A DNA stretch of 60,188 nt from Octopus bimaculoides (lineage: Eukaryota), in NCBI RefSeq assembly GCF_001194135.2, contig NC_068990.1, forward strand, positions 85,896,660 through 85,956,847. The letters run 5' to 3'. Under the pieces are notes generated by a model that was given only the letters and a program-made list of their open reading frames with translations, ran no database searches and was not told the origin of the DNA. Shown piece after piece: positions 12,090 to 23,968 of the stretch; position 1 is the first letter of the stretch, and every line of letters begins with the position of its first letter. A program made the translations under genes and the position numbers.

Positions 12090-12791
12090 ATATTATGTAT
12101 GTGTTAGACAAAAAAGAATTAGGTCAGGTTTGTCGTTAAAACTTATTTTTCTGTTGGGATCTTATTGATTAGCTCCGCCTCCTGTCAAGTTGACATCGCT
12201 ACGTCGCTCTCCCCCCTCTCTCCTTACTCTTATCCTTCATTTCTTCTTTAACAACGCACTGATTTGATTTACCTGGTCCATCATTAAAAGACGGCGTGCT
12301 TTTGTTCTTCTCTCGTCCAACCAGCTTCGAAATTCTGTTTGTGAAACCATAGGACAAGCAATCAGTCCGTGACAAACCACTTCACCCCCCTCTCTTTTTT
12401 TAATGATTTTTGTAATGAATTCTTGTCTTCAAACGTAATAAATTGATCCACTCAGTTTGAACCTATCCTTAATTTGAATTTAAGCTTAATGTATATTTCA
12501 TGCAGTCCTAGAAGTATGATGTGTAAACATGTTCTGTACTCGACAATCCATCTCATGTATAAATATATATATATATATATATACATACACACACACACAC
12601 ACACACACGTTTGTGCTATAGGGTATTTTAAAGACTTTTATTAACATTTACTGGTGACTTGGGCAACTCTGCACTAAAACGGCAAATTTATTATAGAATT
12701 ACTTCGTCAGGCAGAACTTGAATCATTCAAATCGAATTATATAACTTCCTGGTCACTATACTCTAAACACATTTCCAATTTTATGCAGGTA
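10860..12791. promoter_or_regulatory. Cluster of 11 CAGGTG/CAGGTA motifs plus a YY1-like site, early intron 1
   Basis: CAGGTR on either strand at 10860, 11020, 11112, 11131, 11299, 11478, 11491, 11932, 11958, 12270, 12786; caagatggctgcc at 11079. Confidence 0.45.
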
Positions 12792-14760
12792 AAAAGACCC
12801 CTTTGTTTACGAATACTTCAATTTGGGTTTTTCTATTAACTTACATATATATATGGCCTGTCTGTAAACCTTTAAACATTGCATGAATCTTCAAATGGTG
12901 CCCACCCTGTCGATGAATTAGCCCACGGCTATTTGGCTCATCTCCACTCCTTGAGATGGAATTGTATTTCCATTCTTGGAAAAACTCTCTGCTCATTATC
13001 AAGAATGTCTGGACGTAAGTTAGGGCTCTGACTTGTTGACTTTACTACATCAGTTAGGTGTCGGGTTTGACCCGAGTTTCTACGCGGTTGTTCGACCTGC
13101 TAGAAATAACAGCCAAGTTTTCTTCACACTCACATTCTGTTGCCTTAGAAAAAGAGTGATGTGTTGGGTATTGTAGCCGTCTTTATAACACAAAACAGTT
13201 ATAGCTAGGACGCTTTTGGTCATAGATATACTCAGTCAAGGTTGACTCTTCGGTTAAACATTTATTTTGTTGATAGAATTTTGACAAGCTCATTCCTCTA
13301 TGACGAATGCGGAAACGAGGTTGAATGAAAAAAAAAAAAAAAAAAGAAACAACAAATAATCCAGGCTATAGAAACGCTGTCAAAATTCTACCTCAGTAGG
13401 AACTGAAGATAACAAGAGTTTTACGGTGGGTGGTGGTTGCAGCGGGTTAGAAGATAAGTGCTAGCTTGTGGGGCGGTGATGGTGGTTCTAAGGCGTGATG
13501 GATGGAGGTTGGGCGTCGAAGCAGTATTTACAACAACACTACACTCTACAACTGGATCAAGTGTCTACTTGAAGCTATCGTGTTTCCTCATCCCCAGTCC
13601 AGGATGATTTTGAACATAAACTTCCCAAAGCAATTTATATCTATCAGATTCGTAAATCTCTATGCTATAGCAGGGCATGTAACACAAGCAAATCCTAACA
13701 CCCAGTTTTCGACATTTGATAACTGCTAATGCTGGAGTTTTACACTGGAACAACACCATACAGTGGAATCAACAACGGCATGTATATTTGCTTACCAATT
13801 CCTGAGGGATGAAAGACAAAAGCATTATATTGTCGAGGGAATCGATATCCACCAAAAAATGCTTGAATATTTATTTTAGTTAACCTTGGTGGCATTTTAA
13901 TTCACGGACCCAGCAAGGCTGAAATGTTAAAAAAAAAGTTTGCGTCGCAAATACTAGGTCCCAAGTTCGATCCCACTGCGTGACATCTTGGACACGTGCC
14001 GTCGTGTCTTTTACTAAAACCCTTTTAGGATGATATTGAGTGGACAAACTGGTAGTCTGTCGGAAGCATTGCACCGGTTGTGTAGCTAGGCGGCAGTGTG
14101 GGGGCGAGGGTTTGGTCCACTCCGGGCAACACTTTCGGGGCCTACATTGTAATAAGCCTGCATAGGCTGTATTGCCTGGTGGTGGGCAAATTCAAGGAGG
14201 TTTCCTCGTACGGCACACAGTATGTGTAACGTCATTAGATTGTACTTTTAATTTAAAAGTTTATATTTATTACTCCCGTCACGATGAATTTTGAGGATTA
14301 CCTTAATGGTACGCATTTCAAGAATAGTCAATTGCACGTTAATTCAATAAAGTAATCCAGTTGGACAACTGAATCTTCATCGTTGAAACCGATGGAGGAT
14401 CACTTATTTAAACTCGTGACATAAACAGTCATGTCGTCGCTCTATTATTTTCGTAATTCCACCGTCCTTTTATAACAAGGATAATAAACACGCAAGGTAA
14501 CCTATTTTCTTAAACCGTCTGACAGTGCCAATAAGACTTAATCTGGCTGTCATCTTATTACCTGTTTACTCTCTGTGCTCTTTCTTAAGCAGCCCTTTCT
14601 GTCTTACTGACACACATTGCCTCAGTTATTTTCAAGTTTCGCCAGGTCCTTCTCCGGCTGATTGCTAAATACTAATTACGTAACTGAGATTGATAAAATT
14701 CGATTACACTTTATTTGCTCATGTCCCTGTTTAAGAAAACTCTATTAATATTGTGGTGAA

Positions 14761-14955
14761 GGCGTCGAGCTGGTAGAATGGTTAGTGAGTCAGACAAAAT
14801 GCATAACCATTTCGTCCTTTACGTTCAGAGTTCAAATTCACCAAGGTCCACTTTGCCTTTTATCCTTTCGAGGTCGATCAAATAAGTACCTTTGACCTCT
14901 GGAGTCGATATAATCGATTAACCCATCTCAACATTCCTTGCCTCGTACCAAATTT
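14761..14955 (+). mobile_element. tRNA-derived SINE, family A
   Basis: ggcgtcgagctggtagaatggttag head; gagttcaaattc...ctttgccttttatcctttcgaggtcgat core. Confidence 0.8.
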
Positions 14956-17493
14956 TTTCCCTTGTTGGTTCAAATACTACTGTTATATTGTTTACATCAC
15001 ATACCTTAAATTTGAGACATTATCTCTGTTAGAATTTATTTTTACAACTTATCCAAATTGCCTTGGATGCTCACTGGGTTTTCCGTTAGATTTTGAGTTC
15101 AAACCGTATCAAGTTTAGCAATGTTTTTCGTTCTTCCTGGATCCGGTTAAATAAATACATCAACTGATCTTTTCTTACCAAATCGTAACAATAGTGATTG
15201 AGTTGTAGAAAGAGTTAGGAGTGTGACTATAAAATAGTCTTGCACTATTTTTACTCTTGTCTTGATATTTTGATTTTAATGAAACCAATTTTAACCTTTC
15301 ATCCCTCTTTGATGTCAGTCTATTTAATATGTACCTCATACTTTTCTTTAGTTCCGCATCAGTTTTTCATTGAGTTTGTAAGAGCAAGATTTTTCTAAGG
15401 CCCATGCAGCAATAAGTGGTTGGTTATCTTGTGATAGTTCCAATTCTTTTTGTGAGTAGAACTTTGAAATAGGGATAGAGTTTAGCAGGCTGATTGTTAC
15501 CAAGAGCCAACGATGAAAGTATGTCCATCATGTGTAAATTGCGGTTCGCGGGACTTTCTAAATGGCACGCCAACGAAAAATTATCTTGAATAATTTTAGT
15601 TGTACGGCCTGTTTCTAGAAAAAGTTTGCATTCTTGGTTCATATTGTCGCTCGATCTACTAGAAATAGCACCCAAGTTTTCAAATGAAGCCCTGTCACCT
15701 TAAGAGGAAGCGCACATCGAACAGTTTAATTAGATATACAAAAGACGGGATAGTCATGATTGGAATGCTTTTTATTGTAGGCTTGTTCAGTCAGTATGAT
15801 TGATAGATGACACATGAGAGGGCTATTCCAATAGGTGAAAAGTCTTGTCACACCCACTCAAACTATTATTCAGTTTTTAGAGTGTGGGTTGTGTTAGTCA
15901 ACAAACCCAGCTTTTCTTTTCAGAATCGCCTACAAACTACTGGACAAAACAGCTTGTTGCTCCGTTGTACTGGATTATATATTCATTTACTAGTTTCAGG
16001 GCATTGGTCTGCGGTTGTTACAGCATTGCCTTGTGGATTTTCTTGAGGTCAGTCATAACGGACCTCTTATTTTATCGAACTATGTAAAAGAACGTAAACT
16101 AGAAACATCTATTGACATCCGTATCAAAACAAACATACATATAAATCACATGCTAGACCTCCGCACGTTTTCTACGAATTTTACTCACGTAATTCGTGTT
16201 GTGTAACCCAAGGCTACCACTTACTGGGGGACCCGTGGAAAATCTCACAAATAATGTAAATGTTCAGCTTTTAGGATAATTACTTGTGATGATCTGAATT
16301 TGAAATTAATACAATATGTATTCCTCTTTATCAATTAATAGATAAAACATATCTACAAATGTTTATTTAACTGTTAGTATTTAGTTGAATAGAAATAGTG
16401 AAAGTATCATAAACAACTGAATCACGTTTTTGATGCACTCGACAGAGAGGATGGTGGAGAATAACCATACTGCTTCATCTGGATCGTATTTGATGTTTTA
16501 ATATTTATTGTAGTATAAATCCATTTGCTTAGGAAGCATTGTAGGAATCGTCTTCCTTACTTGACGAGTACTTTATTTTATTTTCCGTTGAAGGATGGAA
16601 GTCAATCTGACCTTCAACATTAAGGACCACCATTGAAAATGCTACATATGTTTTGTCTGAAGCTCTAGCGATTTTACCAATCTAAACTGCAAAAATAAAG
16701 ATAGCTGGCGCTCTCTCTACATTAAATACAAAAAAAAAAAAAAAAAAAAGGAGAGCTGGAATAGACTCTCAACGGCAGAGTTTCGAATTAAGTACCCCAT
16801 ACTTTACGGAGATAATTTTTCTTACGATGCTGAAAAGAAAAAAAAAATTACATTTTGCTCACTTCCTTCACTACTGTAATATTTTCATTTCCCATGAGCA
16901 TGGCATATAATGTCACGTCCGACACCCGAACCTCTTTCGACAGTCAGCATTCTTCTGTCAACATTAGGGAAAGAGGTTCGTTGGTTCAATTTCCTCTACG
17001 AATTTGCAACAGGAGAAACCTCTACATCGTTGCTCCACCTACACGAAATGGCTGTAAACTTCCATTAAATCATTCATTACCATGTTTGAAATATTTAAAT
17101 CTATTGCATATCACATTTGATATACTGGACGTCTGAAAAGGGTGGAAACATATTTAGACTATATACACCTATATTATATGCACACACACACATGTTTTTA
17201 TGTGAAGCCATATGTATCGGCGATTAAACATTAAACCGAAGGATTGCTCAATATTTTTGAGTAGAGCACATACTTAAATGTGCTTGTTCCAGGCCTAGTT
17301 ATTTGCGTTTAAATGTCTCATCGTTCTAAGCCACGAAAGAAAAAAATGCAATTGTCATGTCAACACTTTTGATCATAGTTCGGCTCAGAGGGCCAACTTG
17401 CTACGCACACCCACAAACTGGATGTTTGTAGGTGTTCCTTACATATGCACTCTGAATAATAATAATAATAAAGAAGACCCCAAAACTCCGAGA

Positions 17494-18146
17494 TAAGGTT
17501 AAGATTGGGGTGAATATAAAGCTTAGCTCGTAGAATGAGGGTTAAGATTGGGGTGAATATAAAGCTTAGCTCGTAGAATGAGGGTTAAGATTGGGGTGAA
17601 TATAAAGCTTAGCTCGTAGAGTGAGGGTTAAGGTTAAGATTGGGGTGAATATAAAGTTTAGCTCGTAGAGTGAGAGTTAAGGTTAAGATTGGGGTGAATA
17701 TAAAGCTTAGCTCGTAGAGTGAGGGTTAAGGTTAAGATTGGGGTGAATATAAAGCTTAGCTCGTAGAGTGAGGGTTAAGGTTAAGATTGGGGTGAATATA
17801 AAGCTTAGCTCGTAGAGTGAGGGTTAAGGTCNNNNNNNNNNNNNNNNNNNNNNNNNNNNNNNNNNNNNNNNNNNNNNNNNNNNNNNNNNNNNNNNNNNNN
17901 NNNNNNNNNNNNNNNNNNNNNNNNNNNNNNNNNNNNNNNNNNNNNNNNNNNNNNNNNNNNNNNNNNNNNNNNNNNNNNNNNNNNNNNNNAGTTAAGGTTA
18001 AGATTGGGGTGAATATAAAGCTTAGCTCGTAGAGTGAGGGTTAAGGTTAAGATTGGGGTGAATATAAAGCTTAGCTCGTAGAGTGAGGGTTAAGGTTAAG
18101 ATTGGGGTGAATATAAAGCTTAGCTCGTAGAGTGAGGGTTAAGGTC
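17494..18146. repeat. Minisatellite of 43/49-bp units, spanning a gap
   Basis: Unit gagggttaag(gttaag)attggggtgaatataaagcttagctcgtaga(a/g)t; unit starts at 17537, 17580, 17623, 17672, 17721, 17770, 17819. Confidence 0.95.
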
Positions 18147-19109
18147 ATGATCGTTGTGTGTGTGTATATGGCATTTGGCTCTGCTGCTGTTTTGTTTTGT
18201 TTTTAGTGCTGTGCGTAATAATGTCCATGGCGTCCCCAAAATTAACAAATGTCGTTTGTATACAACTGTCAGCTTGTTTGTCTTTCTTTCTTAAATAATA
18301 CATAAACACACTCGCTTTCTCTCGCTCTCTTACTCACTTTTGAATCTCCGAGACCCATCGTTTATGTAATGTAAATACTTTTGACATTCAAATAAAAATC
18401 TGTAGAACTGAGAAAAGTCTGGATGTGATCGTTTGAATTTCTTGAAATAGTAACCAAATCTGTCTCAAATATAGTACATCTAGGGGTTTAAAAAAGGCCG
18501 GGATAGTTACATCTACAAGAGTCGTGATCATAAGTCTGTTTGATCAAGGGTCTATGATGTAACAAGCCATAACAGATTCTCAAACTGTGTCTGTCGCCAA
18601 GAATGAGAAAGAAGAGTGGGGTGGGTAACTTTACAACACGTTCGTCTGTATAAAGATAGTATATAATGATACAGTGTACTTGTATCAGTGACTATGTTGC
18701 TGTATAACGACATTCCTTAACTGTTTATAATAAAAATAATATACTCCGAGGAGACAAAAGTGAATTCAACATGTTTTGGGGGTATATGTCTGTCTTAGGA
18801 CATATTTGTGTTTTACACCGCTGGGGTGTCAGAATTTGAGATGCAACCCAACAGGATCAACCGCCTCCATTGTTGCTGCTGTCGCGTTTCATTGTAGCAC
18901 TGAATTGACCTCCGGATTCGGCATGTGATCCTTGGGTGGCTCAATTACCAGAACTCCCTTGGCCTATTTATCGTGGGTCATAAGAGTACAAACAGTATGT
19001 TTGGCTGCAGGAGTTTTTCTGCAAGTGTGTGGAACCGAACAGAAGGCCACTTTAAGGGCTCAACTCCGGCTTTATTAAAAGGTTTAATCTCTGACCTGTT
19101 CTGCAATGT

Positions 19110-19330
19110 CTTGCTGAACAAGCGGCACAAATGATTCGTTTATAGTGACCATAGTGTATGCACCGAACATTAAGCTCACTCCCATCAAATCGACATTACG
19201 TTGGGTGTCGACTTGATCGCAGATCAACGTGAGATGAAGTGTTTTGCTCAAGAACACAACGCCCACTCAGTCCAGGAATTGAAACTGCGATCTTGTGATC
19301 GTGGGTGCAACACCCTAACTACTCTGTCAT
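19110..19330 (-). mobile_element. tRNA-derived SINE, family D-like, minus strand
   Basis: Reverse complement reads agtagttagggtgttgcac...agtttcaattcctgg...gcgttgtgttcttgagcaaaacac. Confidence 0.7.
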
Positions 19331-19640
19331 GCTTAGTGGTTAGGGTATACGGCTCATGATCGTAAGGCTGTGAGTTCTATTCCTTGTGGTGCGTTGTGTC
19401 CTTGAGCAAGACACTTTATTTCACTTTGTTCCAGTCCACTCAGCTGTCAAAAATGAGTTGATTTAAAGGGTCGGCCTTTTCACATTCTGTGTCGCGTTGG
19501 TCTCCCTCGGAAACTATGTTAAGAGTACGCGTGTTTGCGGCGTGCTTAACCACTTCTACGTTAATTTCACAAGCAGGCTGTTCCGTTGATCGGATCAACT
19601 TGAACCGCTCGTCATAGTGTCACTCGACGGAGTGTCATCA
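19331..19640 (+). mobile_element. tRNA-derived SINE, family D, head-to-head with the previous copy
   Basis: ttagtggttaggg...gcgttgtgtccttgagcaagacact...gttaatttcacaagcaggctgttccgttgatcggatcaac...gacggagtgtca; 3' part matches 55523-55870. Confidence 0.8.
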
Positions 19641-20054
19641 AGTCTCCTTACCTTGACTCTCAAGGCAGTGAGGTTATATGTCTCCCGTAGCTGAGAATTT
19701 TTATCTCTGGATTGGAGGCTACTGCCAGCTTGAGCCAGACAGGGTCAGTATGCCCTGAAACAACGACTTAAGATATTATCCACAGCTTAAGAATAGAACA
19801 GATGTTTGCTTCCAATAACAAATATGATTATATTACAATGTAATTATTATAAAAACATTCCCCCATAACTAAATGTATTTACAAATGTGAGGAAAAGTAT
19901 TCAGTACATGTAGTTTAGTTCTTCATTCGGCGATGTTTTACTCCAGTGCCTTCCAAAGTAGGTGGTGGAAAATGTTATACGGGTACTAGGAACAAAAGGG
20001 TGGTAAGAGAGTGATAGATGCATCTGTACAATTTTAGTCTGTTTTCTATCTAAA

Positions 20055-20257
20055 TACTGGTTGCAAATTTTCGCACAAGGCCAACAATTTCGGGGATGGT
20101 GCAAGTCGATTTCATCGATACCAGTATTCAACTGGTACTTATTTTATCAATCCCGAAAGGATGAAAGGCGAAACTTGAACTGAGAGCGTAAAAACGGACG
20201 AAATGCCGCTAAACATTTTTTGCCAGGCGTGCTAACGGTTCTGCCAGCTCGCCGCTT
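20055..20257 (-). mobile_element. tRNA-derived SINE, family A
   Basis: ggtacttattttatcaatcccgaaaggatgaaaggc...gctaacggttctgccagctcgccgc is the family A reverse complement. Confidence 0.8.
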
Positions 20258-21128
20258 TTCCTATTTAGATATTAACTTCTAAAAAAACATTTCGACTGTA
20301 GTATTATGATAAATTGCTTGGTAACCATAATCAAAACAAGACAATAATGACAATCACATCAACAATAATATAATAGGCGGCGAAATATGAACAAGTAAAA
20401 AACAAAACTAAACCATATGTATGCCACCTATGCATGTAGATTATTAGCAATAAATTAAAATATAATTTATAGAAGACATTGTCAAAATTTATGGTTATTT
20501 TAATATATGCTATAAAGACGGCCTTTGTAGCTTTAGGTAACGTCTTGACCTGTGTGTGCTTTTGCAGTATATGCAATTGTACATGTTTGAACATTGCTGG
20601 CTCTAGCTATGAGTGTTGTCTGTTAATCCCATAATCTATCCACGTGTATAAACATACATGTGTAAACTTGCACGTGGACAGAGAAATCAATATATGAGTG
20701 AGTGTGTGTGTTTGTGAATATATATATAGAAAATATAACGATAAGTTTCAGGTGGTCGCTACAGGGGTGTATATGAATCTGAGTTCGACCGAATTCAATG
20801 TGCTAAAAGACTGGATCAATAACTAAAGTCAAGCAGTGATGTATTAAATATTCACTCATAGTAGGGTATTACTATATAGTAAATTGTCACTCACTGCAAA
20901 CTAGTGCCGAGGACTAAATTACTATGGCTCGATATTACGTGTAATGTGCATTAAAAATTCAGGAAGAGAAGCGTTGAATTGTATTAGGGGTATGGAGTTG
21001 AAAGTGTTAAAGGGGTTTCTTGCTGTATGCTGGCCCTTCAAGCAATAAAAAGAAGTGGCGATGGGTCTGCATCACCAGCTTCGAACGAATTTATTTATAT
21101 GGATTTAATTATCTGCGACTGTCTAGAT

Positions 21129-21405
21129 CAGGGATTTTCAAACTTTTTGACTTGCGGACCCCTTTATATTTCAGGCTTTACCTTAGGGACCCCCCTATAA
21201 ACGCTTATGAAAATTATACATAAATATTTGCTTAAAATAACATATTTTTACATTTATTTATTTAACAGTATTTTACAAATAGGTTTATTGTCAATTAAAA
21301 GATTTCGATAAAAAAACATATATAGAATCAAATTGCCCATAAAAAGTATTTGCTGTCCACGGACCCCCTGTCTTGTCCTTGCGGACCACAGTTTCAAAAC
21401 ACCTG
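21129..21405. mobile_element. hAT-Charlie-type MITE (277 bp)
   Basis: TIRs cagggattttcaaact / agtttcaaaacacctg (13/16); exact 8-bp TSD GTCTAGAT at 21121-21128 and 21406-21413, fitting the NTCTAGAN Charlie preference. Confidence 0.9.
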
Positions 21406-22715
21406 GTCTAGATATTTTTATATAAAAGATTTTAAAATATCAAGTTTAGATAAAGCTCGTATTGTATTTATAAATAGTGAATAGTTACAATATACAATTT
21501 AGAATATTTGCTGTTGTAAATTTATATATTAAAACCTCTCTGTGACTAGGACAAACTATTCGTACCCCACCTCCACGGATCTCCAATCAAAACTATGCAT
21601 AACATAAAAGACAGTGGTACCCAATGGTGTTGGCATTTCACATATCGACATTCTCTCACATGCTGTTTCAGATAAATAACCCGATTGATAGCGAAAACGA
21701 CGAAAGTATTTACGACTAGTATAATTAATGTCTCTCTCCATATATTTGTGATAGCCGAAAGGTTTTTGCTGCCTCGGGTGTTTTTTTTTTTTGATCGGGA
21801 CACATGAAATCTCCGTAATCTCTATGGAACCATGGTATAGTAAAATCGACGAGCACCAAAATGATTCAGTTCTTCGTTTTTTTTTTTTTTTTGGCTTTCT
21901 TGGTGTTTGTTATTTATGAACACCTCGTCAGCGTGGATCAGATGGAATTTGTTGGTTTTCTACACAACCGCTTGCCCTTCCTGTCGCTAACCCTCACTTG
22001 TTTCTAAGCAAGTTAATGTTTCCCTTGGAAGACTACAAAAATCGTTTGTATGACGGTGATGTTCGTTTGATATCATCGCATGATGTGAAGACGAGGGCAC
22101 ACACACTTATATACACGACAGGCTTCTTCCAGTTGTTATCCACATATCCATTCAGAGCAAGACTTTGGTCGACCCGCCCGGGGCTTTTGACAAAGTTACC
22201 CCGTAGTGAGATTGAGCCCGAGAACATATGATTGGGAAGCAAGCCTCTTAACCTTCGTACAGTCACACTTTCGGCGATAATTCTTGGATAATAACACCCT
22301 AATCGAGTTTTAAAGTGACTAGATACCAAAGTAGGATGCATCTTTGATGAGAGAAACGTAAAATCGGCTAATACCAAAAGTATCTTTGTAGTTATGGAAA
22401 TTAGGCACATTTCAAAAACAACCTATGGATATAATCTCAGTTTGGCTTATTCTTGTGTAGAAAGGGAATTAACATGCAGAACGAGTTATTGTGGACTGTG
22501 TATTTAACGAAAACACTTTGTAACCAATGCTACTCGACGATCCTTTTCCGGCTAATTAACTCGATAATGCCGCATGATCTTTCTATAATGTGTTATTGCT
22601 AATAAAGTTCCTATGAACTGGATAAAACGTTCTGTAATCAAAAGATAAATATGTATCGAAGTACCCAAGTGAACTGTACTAAATATAAGCAGTAATAAAT
22701 TCGGGGGAGATTTTT

Positions 22716-22794
22716 GGTAAATTTTAAGATTAACACCCGCACGATTTTCACTAGGGTTTTAGGGTTACGGTTAGGGTTAATCTGAAAATTTACC
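22716..22794. mobile_element. 79-bp TIR mini-element with telomere-like core
   Basis: TIRs ggtaaattttaagattaac / gttaatctgaaaatttacc (18/19); 7-bp flanking direct repeat GATTTTT; core tagggttttagggttacggttaggg. Confidence 0.7.
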
Positions 22795-23008
22795 GATTTT
22801 TTTCTGTATGGTCAAACATTTTATTACAAAAGTTAAAAGCCATTAATTTTTGAAGGGTAAAAGCATGTTTACTCAAGTTGTTAATTTCCTGAATATATTT
22901 CATTGGTGACAATATTGTTTGCAGTTTTCGTTCGAAAATTATGAGCAAATTACTTTCTAAGATAGTCCACCAAAGCTTGGGGCAACCTGCACACGTGTGC
23001 ACGATTTT

Positions 23009-23347
23009 GTTTCCTTATAATTTTCAGAAAAATAGATATCTGTTGATGAAATTTTCTACAAATACTTTTCAGATGGTGTAGATTCCGATTATATCGGAAT
23101 TTAATGTGGAGGGGGAAAAGTGGGTGCACACATATAAATAACATACTAACACACATTACATAACCACAATTTCAAGTTTCATTCTGTAGATATATATGTA
23201 ATGTATGTATGTATGAGCGTGCGCCCACAAACTTTTTTACTTTAAATTCCGATATAATCATTATCTACACCATCTGAAAGGTATTAAAAAATTTTTTTTT
23301 AGATAATTTCATTAAAAACGGTATTTTTCTGCAAATTATGAGGGAAC
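23009..23347. repeat. Long imperfect inverted repeat (arms 23009-23104 / 23242-23347)
   Basis: tttcagatggtgtagattccgattatatcggaatttaa versus ttaaattccgatataatcattatctacaccatctgaaa, extending outward about 60 bp more. Confidence 0.85.
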
Positions 23348-23968
23348 AGTCGGAAGGGGTGGGGAACACTTATGTAGGTATAGCAAGCTTGGATCAAATG
23401 ATAGCTCAACATCGCTATCAATTATGGAAATAGAATACAGCGCTGACATGATATTACCAATAAGTGAAAAAGTGATCAATTTAAAACAAAACTTTGAAAA
23501 AGAAGGTCAGTAATATATGAGGTGGTGAATCAGTCTTCTGTTCTTTTTACTGATAAAAATACTGGCTGTACATGGAAGCATATTGAAGTAAAAGACAAAT
23601 CTCCCGTTAAAAAAAATGCCTCTCTAGGTGTATATATGTGGCGGGTAAGACATCCAAGTAATTCTTATTTCTCTAATACCTTTGCAATTCAAAACAGGTT
23701 TGTCGAAAATGGTATAAAGCCATTCAAATAGCGTTGTATTTGGTTAAATGAAATCAAATGACATTTTGATATTCTTTGTTACTAAAATAGTTTTATACTT
23801 GTTTTGAAGTTATCTTTATATGGGATTGTAGTGGCACGAAATTATAGCCGCCATTGAGGAAGTACTATTCTGCGCATGCGCAGGGGACTTCACCACCGGA
23901 ATCCCCTCGAGTTGCGTATGCGTAGTAAAACTCGTACTTAAAGAGAGAGTTTCACTTGTTAAGAGTTG

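Noticed and set aside
17494-18146. CRISPR-like regular array
   Set aside because: Units are identical end to end with no unique spacers, no cas genes, and the context is eukaryotic.
22752-22780. Interstitial telomere
   Set aside because: Only 3-4 degenerate TTAGGG-like units, enclosed in TIRs; better explained as part of a mini-element.
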